DNA of 45,408 nucleotides from Chthoniobacter sp. (GTDB lineage Bacteria > Verrucomicrobiota > Verrucomicrobiia > Chthoniobacterales > Chthoniobacteraceae). The stretch covers positions 1 through 45,408 of the forward strand of contig JAYVNN010000110.1 of NCBI GenBank assembly GCA_043758435.1, given 5' to 3'. A program made the position numbers and the translations under genes. The notes under the pieces were generated by a model. That model worked only from the letters and a program-made list of their open reading frames with translations, did not search any database and was not told where the DNA came from. Numbering within the stretch: the first letter of the stretch is position 1; each line of letters starts with the position of its first letter. Shown one piece after another: positions 30,415 to 39,524 of the stretch.

Positions 30415-31856
30415 GCGAACCGCTTTACAACGCCGTTATCATTGGCGCAGGCACCGCGGGCCTCGTCACCGCTGCGGCCACCGCCGGGCTCGGCGGTCGG
30501 GTCGCACTCATCGAGCGGCGGCACATGGGCGGCGATTGCCTGAACTTCGGCTGCGTGCCGAGCAAGGCGCTCATCGCCTCCGCACGCGCCGCGGATCGCA
30601 TCCGCCACGCCGACCGCTGGGGGCTTGAAGCCAGCGAACCCGCGTTCGCTTTTGAAAAAGTGATCGCGCGGATGCGGGCGCGGCGGGCGCACATCGCGCC
30701 GAACGATTCGCAGGAGCGTTTTGAAAAGCTCGGCGTCGAGGTGATTCGCGGCGCGGCGGCGTTTGTCTCGCCGCATGAGGTCGCAGTGGACGGGCGAAAA
30801 TTGCGGGCGAAAAACTTCGTCATCGCCACCGGCACGCGCCCGCTGCTCCCGGCCATCGACGGACTCCGCGACGTGCCCTTTTTCACCAACGAAACCATCT
30901 TCGACAAACTCGATCAGCGACCCGCGACGATGCTCATCCTCGGTGGCGGGCCCATCGGCTGCGAACTCGCCCAAGCCTTCGCGCGCCTCGGCGTGAAAGT
31001 GACGCTCGCCCACCGCGGCGCGCGGCTGCTGCCGCACGAAGATCCCGAGGTTTCCGAACTCGTCCAGCGCACGCTCGCCGCCGACGGCATCGAATGCCTG
31101 ACCGCCGCCGAAGCGCAGCGCGTACGCAAGGAAGGCGACGACACGATCACCACGCTCAAGCTCGGCGACACCACCCGCGAAGTTCGCGCCGAAGCGCTGC
31201 TCGTGGCTGTCGGGCGCACGCCGAATTCCGACTCGCTCGGCCTCGACGCCGCGGGCGTGCGCACGGGCAAACACGGCGTCGAAGTGAACGCGCAACTCCA
31301 GACCTCGCAGCCGCACATTTACGCCGCGGGCGACATCGCCGGGCCGTTCCGATTCACCCACATGGCCGACTACCAGGCCCGCATCGTCGCGCGCAACATC
31401 CTCGTGCCCTTCGGATTTCTGCGCTCCAAAACGGACTACGCGACCGTGCCGTGGTGTACATATCTCGATCCCGAAGTCGCCCGCGTCGGCCTCAGCGAAA
31501 CCGAAGCGAAAGAGCGCGGCGTCGAATACGACCTCTACATTTCCAAACTCGAAGACCTCGACCGCGCCGTGGTCGAAGACGAGACCGCGGGCTTCGTGAA
31601 AGTGCTGACCGCGCGCGGCACAGACCGCATCCTCGGCGTCACCCTCGTCGCCAGTCACGCTGGCGATCTCATTCACGAGTATGTGCTCGCGATGAAGTCG
31701 GGCATCGGCCTGGGCAAACTCTCCAGCGTCATCCACGCCTACCCGACCTTCGCCGAACTCGCGCGCAAGACTGGCGACGCTTTCCAAAAAACTCGCCTCA
31801 CGCCGAGCGCGAAAAAAATCTTCGCGTGGCTCTACGAAAGGAACCGCAGATCATGA
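30411..31856 (+). CDS. Class I pyridine nucleotide-disulfide oxidoreductase (MerA/LpdA-like)
   Basis: IIGAGTAG, GGDCLNFGCVPSKAL redox disulfide, LGGGPIGCE, AAGD, FTH.A, HAYPT. No C-terminal Cys-Cys. Confidence 0.9.
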   Translation: MSEPLYNAVIIGAGTAGLVTAAATAGLGGRVALIERRHMGGDCLNFGCVPSKALIASARAADRIRHADRWGLEASEPAFAFEKVIARMRARRAHIAPNDSQERFEKLGVEVIRGAAAFVSPHEVAVDGRKLRAKNFVIATGTRPLLPAIDGLRDVPFFTNETIFDKLDQRPATMLILGGGPIGCELAQAFARLGVKVTLAHRGARLLPHEDPEVSELVQRTLAADGIECLTAAEAQRVRKEGDDTITTLKLGDTTREVRAEALLVAVGRTPNSDSLGLDAAGVRTGKHGVEVNAQLQTSQPHIYAAGDIAGPFRFTHMADYQARIVARNILVPFGFLRSKTDYATVPWCTYLDPEVARVGLSETEAKERGVEYDLYISKLEDLDRAVVEDETAGFVKVLTARGTDRILGVTLVASHAGDLIHEYVLAMKSGIGLGKLSSVIHAYPTFAELARKTGDAFQKTRLTPSAKKIFAWLYERNRRS

Positions 31857-32557
31857 GCGACAAGAAATCGTTTTGGGCCAGCTACGGAAAATGGGTGCTG
31901 CTTGTCCTCGCGCTCATCGCCGTCGGCGCGGCTTGGCATTTCCTGCCGGTGAAGGATTGGATCAAGGCATTCAACGGCTGGGTCGAGCAGCGCGGCGTCT
32001 GGGGCTACATCGTCTTCGTTTTGGCGTATGCCGTCGCGACCGTTTTGTTTTTCCCCGGCTCGGTGATGACCATCGGTGCAGGACTTGCCTTTGGTTTGTG
32101 GCGCGGCTTTGCCGTCGTCTCCGCGGGCGCGACGCTCGGCGCGGCGCTGGCCTTTTTGGTTGCGCGCTATTTCGTCCGCAGCCGCGTGGAAAAGGCGGCG
32201 AAGGACAACCCGAAATTCGCCGCGATGGACGAGGCCATCGGCCAGCAAGGCTGGAAGATGGTCGCGCTGCTCCGGCTCAGTCCGCTGCTCCCCTTCAACC
32301 TCAGCAACTATCTCTACGGAGTGACGAAGATCGGCTTCTGGCCTTACTTAGCAGCCAGTTGGGTCGGAATGTTGCCGGGCACATTTCTCTACGTCTATCT
32401 CGGCGCGGCGGGCAAAGAGGCGTCGAGCGGCAGCGGCGCGGGGCCGTGGAAATGGGTGCTCTTCGGCGCGGGTCTGGTCGCCACGATTGTCGTCACCATT
32501 TGGATTTCCCGCGTCGCGAAAAATGCCGTCCCGAAGAAGTCCGAAAACCAATCCTAA
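31853..32557 (+). CDS. TVP38/TMEM64 (DedA/VTT) family membrane protein
   Basis: PGSVMTIGAG..FG, GATLGA..AF..ARY, LLRLSPLLPFNLSNY.YG.T, GMLPGT..YVYLG. Confidence 0.92.
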   Translation: MSDKKSFWASYGKWVLLVLALIAVGAAWHFLPVKDWIKAFNGWVEQRGVWGYIVFVLAYAVATVLFFPGSVMTIGAGLAFGLWRGFAVVSAGATLGAALAFLVARYFVRSRVEKAAKDNPKFAAMDEAIGQQGWKMVALLRLSPLLPFNLSNYLYGVTKIGFWPYLAASWVGMLPGTFLYVYLGAAGKEASSGSGAGPWKWVLFGAGLVATIVVTIWISRVAKNAVPKKSENQS

Positions 32558-32571
32558 AACGCATTATCAAT

Positions 32572-33408
32572 ATGAAAACCATCGCCCTACCGTTCACTGC
32601 GCTCTTCTGCGCACTCGCTGCCCTCCTCATTTCGCCGACGGCGGCCCGCGCCAAGGAGAAGCCCGTGGCGGTCGCCGTCCCCGCCGGCATTCACCACGAG
32701 GCGTGGGATGCGCTGCTCAAAAAATACGTGAACGAAAAGGGGCTGGTGGCTTACGAAAAGTGGAAGGCGAGCGACGCGGATAAGAAGGCGCTCGACGACT
32801 ATCTCGCGCAGTTTTCCCCGGCTGGAACTCCCGCGAAAGACGACGAACTCGCGGCCTCCGCGATCAATGCCTACAACGCTTTCGCGATCCGCTGGATTCT
32901 CGAAAACTATCCGACCGAAAGCATCCAGGCGCTGGACAAATCCTTTGCCCGCAAAGCGCATCTCGTGGGCGGGCAAAAGATCGCGCTCGACGATCTCGAG
33001 CACGGCACGCTGCGCCCGCTCATCGGCTACCGCGCGCACGCGGCGCTGGTCTGCTGCGCGCGGAGCTGCCCGCCGCTCCAGCGCACCGCCTACACGGCCT
33101 CGGGCCTCAACGCGCAAATCGAAACCGCGTACCGGACGTGGCTCGCGCGCGAAGATCTCAACCATTTTTCGCCAGACAAAAACACCGTCGAGGTTTCGAG
33201 CATCTTTAAGTGGTTCAGGGAGGACTTCGACAAGGCCGGCGGCGTGCCGAAAATCCTCGGTCAATATGGCCCGGCGGCACCGCGCGCGTTTCTCCTCAAA
33301 GGCGGCTACAAGATCGACTACCTGCCCTATCGGTGGGGGCTGAACGATCAAGGCAGCCGCGGCGAAAACTACAGCCGCGCCAACCTCATTTTCGACGCCC
33401 TGTTTTAA
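32572..33408 (+). CDS. DUF547 family secreted protein
   Basis: Signal peptide, H..WD.LL.KYV, INAYNA, LDDLEH, HAALVCCARSCP, VSSIFKWF.EDF, Y.W.LN. Confidence 0.9.
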   Translation: MKTIALPFTALFCALAALLISPTAARAKEKPVAVAVPAGIHHEAWDALLKKYVNEKGLVAYEKWKASDADKKALDDYLAQFSPAGTPAKDDELAASAINAYNAFAIRWILENYPTESIQALDKSFARKAHLVGGQKIALDDLEHGTLRPLIGYRAHAALVCCARSCPPLQRTAYTASGLNAQIETAYRTWLAREDLNHFSPDKNTVEVSSIFKWFREDFDKAGGVPKILGQYGPAAPRAFLLKGGYKIDYLPYRWGLNDQGSRGENYSRANLIFDALF

Positions 33409-34436
33409 TCCCCGCAAGTTTCCGCTTTCACGCGCAGCAACTCCGCGCGGAAACGGGCGTCCTCTTCCAAGTGCAGGATGTGATCGGAATGCTCGAACCA
33501 GACGAGGTGCTTGCCCCGCGGAGCACGGAGCGCATGGAAGTAACGCTCGGCCAGAGGACCGCTCAAGACGGTGTCGAAACGGCCCGCGAAAAACCAGACG
33601 GGCACAGCAATCTCGGGCACCTCTTTTCTCAGGTTGTGCGCGTGGATGTCGTCTTCGAGATGCTTGCCCGAGAAGGTGATTCCGCGCACCGCCTGCCAGT
33701 CGTCGGCGAGAGAATAGTAAGGTGAGCGCAGGCCCAGGAAGAGGTAGCGCCCACGAGTCATCTCGCCGGGAAAACGCGGTTGAATGGCTTTGGTCAGTTT
33801 GTTCACCAGTCGCTCATCCCGCCGACTTCGGTAAGGCGGCTCGCCGATGGCGCGCAGCTTCCGCGCGACTTGCGGATAGCCCCGTTCCGTGGCCTGCGCG
33901 ATCCCGGCGCGATGGAGCAGCAGTTCGGATTCGGGGATGTCCACGAGCTGGGAGATGCCGATGTAGGCGCGGTAGTATTCGGGATGCCGCGAGGCCGTCA
34001 AAGCACCGACGAGCGACCCCCACGAAAAGCCAGCGAGGTAGATTTTCTTTTGCCCGAAAGTCCGGCGCAGATGGCGCGTCAGCTGCGCGGTGTCGCGGAC
34101 GAATTGCTCCACGTTCATCGTCTCCAGCGGGATGTCGGCACGGAATGATTTGCCCGCGCCGCGCTGATCCCAGTGGACCACAGTGAAGTCCCGCTCCAGC
34201 TCCGCATTGATGTGCGAGAACGGCATTTCCGGCAGGCCCGGCCCGCCGTGGAGGAAGAGCAGCACAGGATTCGCGCGGTTCCTGCCGCGGATAAAGATGG
34301 TCTGTTCCCATCCGCCGAGCGTGATTTTTTGCTCGCGGGAAATGCCCGGCGGCGCGAGTGGCGGTTGTTTTGTCGTGGCGCAGCCGACACTCGCGAAGAG
34401 CGCCGCGCCAAGCAGCAGTGAGCGGAGGGTTTGCAT
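33405..34436 (-). CDS. Alpha/beta hydrolase (proline iminopeptidase-like), probable lipoprotein
   Basis: Lipobox SVGC, LFLHGGPG, WDQRGAGKS, GFSWGS, WFEHSDH. Confidence 0.88.
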   Translation of the reverse strand: MQTLRSLLLGAALFASVGCATTKQPPLAPPGISREQKITLGGWEQTIFIRGRNRANPVLLFLHGGPGLPEMPFSHINAELERDFTVVHWDQRGAGKSFRADIPLETMNVEQFVRDTAQLTRHLRRTFGQKKIYLAGFSWGSLVGALTASRHPEYYRAYIGISQLVDIPESELLLHRAGIAQATERGYPQVARKLRAIGEPPYRSRRDERLVNKLTKAIQPRFPGEMTRGRYLFLGLRSPYYSLADDWQAVRGITFSGKHLEDDIHAHNLRKEVPEIAVPVWFFAGRFDTVLSGPLAERYFHALRAPRGKHLVWFEHSDHILHLEEDARFRAELLRVKAETCGD

Positions 34437-34437
34437 A

Positions 34438-35550
34438 TCAGGATTGGTAACGCGCGATGAAGGCGCGATCGATCCGGTCCTTCAGCCAAAAGGCCGCGCG
34501 ACCGAGCCAGTGCAAATGGCGCCAGCTCGCGAGCCCGCAGCCGTTGCCGAGATTGAGGATGAGCAGGAAATGCCGCTGGGGATGGAACGCGCGCAACGGC
34601 CGCCCTTCCAAGGTGGCGAGCAGATTGTGAAAAAGGACCGGCGCGGCGCGCACCGCATAGACGCCGATCTTCGCCAGCTCGCGACCGCGTACCCGCACGC
34701 AATCGCCACCGCCGAAGAGGCTCGGATCGCCGGTCGAGCGCAGGCATTCATCGACGAGCAACTCGCCGCGCTCGCTGACCGGCAGGCCCGTCGCGGCGAG
34801 GAGCGCGGGCGGATGGAGGCCCGTGGCATTGACGAGAAAGTCGAAGGCGTGGCGGGTCCCGTTTGTCGTCACCGCGACCTTCCCGTCGAGATGGCTGACC
34901 GCCGAATGGCCGCGCACCAGGATGTCATGTGCCGCCAGCCAGCGTCCCAGGGCCGCCGCCGTGCGGCGCGGAAACGCGGGCGCGATATCGCCGCCTTGCG
35001 CGAGGATGATGACCGCCGCTTCCGCGCCGAGCAGCGCCCGCACGTTGGCCGCGATTTCACAGCCGGAAGCGCCACCGCCCGCCACGACCACGCGGGGCTT
35101 TTCGCCCGCTGCCCGCGCCGCTTCGAGCTCCTGCCGCAGCCGCCAGAGATTGTGCAGCGGCTTGATCGCAAACACACCGTCGTCCCCGCCGGGGAAGGGT
35201 CGCGTTTCACTTCCAAGATTCAGCGAGAGCACGTCATAGGCGAGCGTGCCGCCGTTCGCGAGGCCGAGGGATTTCACGCGTGGGTCGATGGCGGTGACGC
35301 GATCGCGAATGAAGCGCACGCCCGCACCCGCGCGGGCCAGCATCGCCGCGACATCCACCTGATCCTGCTCCGGCGCGTAGTGCCCGCCGAGCACGCCCGT
35401 CGCCAAGCCGGAATACCAGAAATTCTCCGGCGCAATCACGACCAACTCGAACCCGCGGCGCACAAATTCCGCGGCGCGTTTCAACGTATGGAGATGCGCG
35501 TGGCCCGTGCCGACCAGCACGATCCGGCGCGGGGCGGGGGTGTCGCTCAT
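34438..35550 (-). CDS. FAD-dependent oxidoreductase resembling the SelD N-terminal-associated family (TIGR03169-like)
   Basis: IVLVGTGHAHL, YSG...G...GHY, YDVLSLNLGS, IKP, GGGASGCE, FGGGDC, K.GVYAVR, W.KDRID..F. Confidence 0.8.
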   Translation of the reverse strand: MSDTPAPRRIVLVGTGHAHLHTLKRAAEFVRRGFELVVIAPENFWYSGLATGVLGGHYAPEQDQVDVAAMLARAGAGVRFIRDRVTAIDPRVKSLGLANGGTLAYDVLSLNLGSETRPFPGGDDGVFAIKPLHNLWRLRQELEAARAAGEKPRVVVAGGGASGCEIAANVRALLGAEAAVIILAQGGDIAPAFPRRTAAALGRWLAAHDILVRGHSAVSHLDGKVAVTTNGTRHAFDFLVNATGLHPPALLAATGLPVSERGELLVDECLRSTGDPSLFGGGDCVRVRGRELAKIGVYAVRAAPVLFHNLLATLEGRPLRAFHPQRHFLLILNLGNGCGLASWRHLHWLGRAAFWLKDRIDRAFIARYQS

Positions 35551-36170
35551 GGCGCGGAAACGGCAAGGTGGGGATAGGCTTGCCGGGCCCGCTGCCAGCT
35601 CGCGCCGTCGTCCACGTCTTCCTCGGTTTCCAGTTCCATGAAGGTCAGGCCGCGCTCGCGCAGGCGCTGCCGGGTTTGCGCGAGCACCGCGTCCGTGCTC
35701 CAGGAGATCGCGCGGAAAACGTCCGGTTCCGCCCGGCGCAATGCGAGCAGGCAATACCCGCCGTCCATCGCCGGAACCACGGCGGCGTCGGCACTTTTCA
35801 GTGCGACCGCAGCCGCGATGAGCCGCTCACGGCTGAGGTAAGGACAGTCGCCGCCGAGGATGACCAGTGGCCCTCCGCTCCGCTCAAAATGCTGCGCCAT
35901 CGCCGCCGCGAGCCGCTCGCCGAGATCGCCCTCGGCCTGCGCGGAATACTGATGCTCATCGCCCAGCCATGCACGCATCGCCGCCAGCGCCCCTTCCGGT
36001 GCGTAGCAAATGTGAACGTGCCACTGCGCAGGAATCTGCCCGAGCTGATGCTCCACGAGTGCGCGGTAAGCACGCGTCGCCGCGGCGGTGCCGATGTCCT
36101 GACCGAGGCGCGTCTTCACCGCGCCTTCCAACGGCGCTTTCAGCATGAGCAGGGCGGTGGGGACAATCAT
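35547..36170 (-). CDS. TIGR04282/DUF2064 family transferase (arsenosugar/rSAM-associated transferase 1)
   Basis: KAP..G.VKTRL, Q.EGDLGER, GGDCP, PA.DGGY.LL, I.WST..V, DVD. Confidence 0.92.
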   Translation of the reverse strand: MIVPTALLMLKAPLEGAVKTRLGQDIGTAAATRAYRALVEHQLGQIPAQWHVHICYAPEGALAAMRAWLGDEHQYSAQAEGDLGERLAAAMAQHFERSGGPLVILGGDCPYLSRERLIAAAVALKSADAAVVPAMDGGYCLLALRRAEPDVFRAISWSTDAVLAQTRQRLRERGLTFMELETEEDVDDGASWQRARQAYPHLAVSAP

Positions 36171-36203
36171 GGCAAACGATAGAATCAGGCGCGGCCCTCT
36201 GCT

Positions 36204-36743
36204 CTACGGGTTCGCCCGTTTCTTTTCATCCAGCATCTGGCCAAACTTGCGGTTGTAGGGATGCACCTTGTCCGCGGGATGGCCGTCGGCCTCGATGGGT
36301 CGCCCCTCATTCGCCCACTGGAAGATCGAACCTTCCAAGTTAAAAACCTCAGCCACGCCCGCTTGCTTGAGCCGTTCGGCAAACTCGGAGGAGCGATAAC
36401 CCACGGAGCAGTACGTCACTATCGCCCGGCCGGGAGGCAACTGCGCCAGCACCTTTTCGGCTTTCGCCGAAGGCTCCACCCGAGTCGCACCGCGCAGATG
36501 GCTGACGGCAAATTCCTTCTCCGTCCGCACATCGAGGAGAATGGGCTGGCCGCGCTTGGGATCATTCATCCAGGCCGCCAGGTCGGCCGTGGAAACCTGC
36601 ACCACGCTGGGAAAGCGTTCGCGAATGCGCAGCTTGAACGCCGTGAAATCTTCCTCGGTGGCCCAAGTCCACGCCCCCCAGCCAATCAAGACGGAAGTCG
36701 TGATCAGCGTCGCGAGCCGGATTCTTTTTCGTGGGATACGCAT
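36204..36743 (-). CDS. Exported rhodanese-like domain protein
   Basis: LLDVR..KEF.VSHL.GA, active-site loop YCSVGYRS, NLEGSIFQWANEG, VHPY. N-terminal TM/signal segment. Confidence 0.9.
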   Translation of the reverse strand: MRIPRKRIRLATLITTSVLIGWGAWTWATEEDFTAFKLRIRERFPSVVQVSTADLAAWMNDPKRGQPILLDVRTEKEFAVSHLRGATRVEPSAKAEKVLAQLPPGRAIVTYCSVGYRSSEFAERLKQAGVAEVFNLEGSIFQWANEGRPIEADGHPADKVHPYNRKFGQMLDEKKRANP

Positions 36744-36883
36744 ACCCGGATTATCGCATGAGCGCGGGGCGATGCGCGCAGCAACTGATCCGCGATCCGG
36801 GATTGCTGGGACTTGGTTCGCGACCCCAGATGCGGTCCTTTTGGTGGCGACGCCCCACGCATCCCTGTCCCTCCGGGAGAGGG

Positions 36884-36956
36884 AGCCGGCAATCGGGCTC
36901 GAACCGATGACCTGCTGATTACAAATCAGCTGCTCTACCAACTGAGCTATGCCGGC
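36884..36956 (-). tRNA. tRNA-Thr (anticodon TGT)
   Basis: GCCGGCATAGCTCAGTTGGTAGAGCAGCTGATTTGTAATCAGCAGGTCATCGGTTCGAGCCCGATTGCCGGCT folds as a cloverleaf. Followed by CCC, so CCA is not fully encoded. Confidence 0.96.
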
Positions 36957-37783
36957 ATTTGCTCTGCGCGTGAGACGGGGACAGAGGAAGGGTTTTCACC
37001 CAGTCCGGCCGCTTTGTCGCATGCGGCGGGGGAAACGGCAAGTCGCCCGGCAGCAGACGGCGCGTGGGTGAGCAGCTTGATTTCGCCGGCGGCGTCCTCG
37101 ACGAGGGCGGTGAGGCTTTCGACCCAGTCGCCGCTGTTGTAGTAGGCGGTGCGGCCGATCATGCGGATGGCGGGGGAGTGGATGTGGCCGCAGACCACGC
37201 CGTCCACGCGATCCTGCGCGGCATAGTGGACGATGGCTTTTTCAAACTCGCCGATGAAGCTGACGGCATCTTTCACGCGTTTTTTCACGTAGGCGCTGAG
37301 CGACCAGTAGCCGAGGCCGAGGAGGAGGCGGAGCGCGTTGACGGGCGTGTTCAGCCGGAGGAGGAACTGGTAGCCGACGTCGCCGGCGTAGGCGAGCCAC
37401 TTGATGTTTTGGATGACGGTGTCGAGCTCGTGGCCGTGGATGATGAGGAGGCGGCGGCCATCGGCGGTGGTGTGGATGTCGCGCGGCAGGATCTCGACGG
37501 CACCGAAGTGGCCGAAAAAACCGGCGACGAATTCGTCGTGGTTACCGGGGATGTAGATGACGCGGGTGCCTTTGCGCCCGGCACGGAGGAGTTTCTGGAT
37601 GACGTCGTTGTGCGCCTGCGGCCAGTAGATGCCGCGGCGGAGCTGCCACAGGTCGAGGAGGTCGCCGACGATGTAGAGGGTGTCGAATTCGTGGTCGCGG
37701 AGGAAGTCGAGCAGCGCCCCGGCCTGGCTGCCGCGGGTGCCGAGGTGGACATCGGAAATCCAGCCGGTGCGGTGGTGCGTCAT
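36947..37783 (-). CDS. UDP-2,3-diacylglucosamine diphosphatase-like metallophosphoesterase (LpxH family)
   Basis: ISDVHLG, VGDLLDLW, YIPGNHD, IHGH, CGHIH, YYNSGDWVES. Confidence 0.88.
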   Translation of the reverse strand: MTHHRTGWISDVHLGTRGSQAGALLDFLRDHEFDTLYIVGDLLDLWQLRRGIYWPQAHNDVIQKLLRAGRKGTRVIYIPGNHDEFVAGFFGHFGAVEILPRDIHTTADGRRLLIIHGHELDTVIQNIKWLAYAGDVGYQFLLRLNTPVNALRLLLGLGYWSLSAYVKKRVKDAVSFIGEFEKAIVHYAAQDRVDGVVCGHIHSPAIRMIGRTAYYNSGDWVESLTALVEDAAGEIKLLTHAPSAAGRLAVSPAACDKAAGLGENPSSVPVSRAEQMPA

Positions 37784-37999
37784 GCGGCAGTAAGTCCGTG
37801 AGGTGCGGAGAAAGGCAACGGGTCTTCCTGCGGGAGGCGCTGATTTCACCTCGCTGTCACATGGGCCTCGTGCGGCCCATGAGGAAACGCATCCTCATCG
37901 CAGTTGCGTCCGTCCCGGCCGGGGCGGCCTTCGTCCCGCTGTTGCGGGCGTTTGTGGAAAGCGACTCGTCTCTGCGCCATTCGGAGGAAATATCGAAGA

Positions 38000-39502
38000 A
38001 TGAATCCCTCCAAAATCAACTCCTTGCTGCGCCCGCTCGCCGCGGCGCTGCTCCTCGTCTCCACGCCGCTCGCCCGCGCCGCGGGGGACAATGTCCACAA
38101 TGCGCTCCTGCCCGAGGATCAGCAAAATGCCGCCTACCGCTGGCTGAACATCACCGAGGAAGTCGCCGCCCGCGAGGTGGACCGCGTGGCCGCGCGCCCG
38201 ACGATCCTTTCGCGCAGCATGGCCATGTGGGCGACGGCAATGTATGACGCGTGGGCCTGTTATGATGACAAAGCCGTGGGTTCGCAACTCGGCGGCAAGC
38301 TGCGCCGCCCGGCGCAGGAGCGCACGCCCGAGAATAAGAAGAAGGCCATTAGCTATGCGTCCTATTACGCGCTGCTGGACCTTTACAGCTCGGACAAGGA
38401 CTACCTGGACGCGGAGATGAAGAAGCTCGGCTATGACCCGGCGGTGAAATCGAAGGACGCGACCAAGCCCGAGGGTGTGGGCTACCTCTGCGCGCAGGCG
38501 GTCATTGACTTCCGCCATCACGACGGGGCGAACCAACTCGGCGACGAAGCCGGAGGCAATGCCAAGCCGTACTCGGATTACACCTTTTACAGTTGCAAGA
38601 ATACGGCGGAAAAAAATGCCGATCCCGACTGCTGGCAGCCGATTACTTTCACCAAGGCCGACGGGACGAAGATCACGCCGGGCTTTCTGACCCCGCACTG
38701 GTATCGGGTGAAGCCTTTCATCATCGAGAAGGCGGAACAGTTTCGCCCGCCTCCGCCGCCGACGATTAAGAAGGATCGCGAGGCTTTGAAAAAAGAGGTG
38801 GATCAGGTGCTGGAATACAATGCGAACCTCAAGCCGGAGCAGAAGGCCGTCGTGGAGTTTATGCGCGACGGCCCGCGCTCCACGGCGCAGTCCGGCCACT
38901 GGCTGCGTTTCGCGCAGGATGTCTCGAAGCGCGACAAGCACGATCTTGATCGCGATGTGAAGCTCTACTTTGTCATCGCGAACACGGCGATGGACGCCTT
39001 TATCTCCTGCTGGGAAACCAAGCGCGTCTATGACGGGCCGCGTCCTTATTCCCTGATCCGTTATTTTCACGCCGGTGAAAAGATCACCGGCTGGGCCGGG
39101 CCGGAGGGCGGGGTCAAAGAAATGCCTGCGGAGGAATGGCACCCTTATTCGCCGGATGTCTTCATTACTCCGCCCTTTCCCGGCTACACCAGCGGCCATG
39201 CCACGGTCAGCGGGGCGTGTGCAAAGATGCTGGAACTCTTCACCGGCAGCGACAAGTTCGGCTTTGTGGCCCATCGCAAATGCTGCGAGCTGACCGAGAA
39301 GAACGCGGGTGCCGAACTCGACATCGACCTGCCCACCTTCACCGCCACCGCCGACATGGCTGCGCTCTCCCGCGCGATGGGTGGCTACCACATCCCGCTC
39401 GATAACAACGTCGGCCTGAAAGTCGGACGCGAACTGGCGACTTGGAGTTGGCCGAAGTATCAGGCTTACTTCGACGGCACCGCCCAGATCACTGCCAAGT
39501 AA
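38000..39502 (+). CDS. Secreted vanadium-dependent haloperoxidase / PAP2-superfamily protein
   Basis: Signal peptide. Vanadate/phosphate-binding motifs WETKRVYDGPRP, PPFPGYTSGHA, SRAMGGYH. Confidence 0.85.
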   Translation: MNPSKINSLLRPLAAALLLVSTPLARAAGDNVHNALLPEDQQNAAYRWLNITEEVAAREVDRVAARPTILSRSMAMWATAMYDAWACYDDKAVGSQLGGKLRRPAQERTPENKKKAISYASYYALLDLYSSDKDYLDAEMKKLGYDPAVKSKDATKPEGVGYLCAQAVIDFRHHDGANQLGDEAGGNAKPYSDYTFYSCKNTAEKNADPDCWQPITFTKADGTKITPGFLTPHWYRVKPFIIEKAEQFRPPPPPTIKKDREALKKEVDQVLEYNANLKPEQKAVVEFMRDGPRSTAQSGHWLRFAQDVSKRDKHDLDRDVKLYFVIANTAMDAFISCWETKRVYDGPRPYSLIRYFHAGEKITGWAGPEGGVKEMPAEEWHPYSPDVFITPPFPGYTSGHATVSGACAKMLELFTGSDKFGFVAHRKCCELTEKNAGAELDIDLPTFTATADMAALSRAMGGYHIPLDNNVGLKVGRELATWSWPKYQAYFDGTAQITAK

Positions 39503-39524
39503 CCCAACCCCCAACCCATCACCC

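Noticed and set aside
30411-31856. Mercuric reductase merA / mercury resistance operon
   Set aside because: There is no C-terminal Cys-Cys or N-terminal metal-binding domain, and no merR/T/P nearby.
24000-36956. Ars cluster as a genomic island integrated at tRNA-Thr
   Set aside because: It abuts the tRNA 3' end, but I found no integrase and no duplicated tRNA 3' sequence near 23900-24130. An old island cannot be excluded.
37798-38247. Small ORF (MRKRILIAVASVPAG...) upstream of the haloperoxidase
   Set aside because: It overlaps the haloperoxidase out of frame by ~250 nt and has no recognisable motif.
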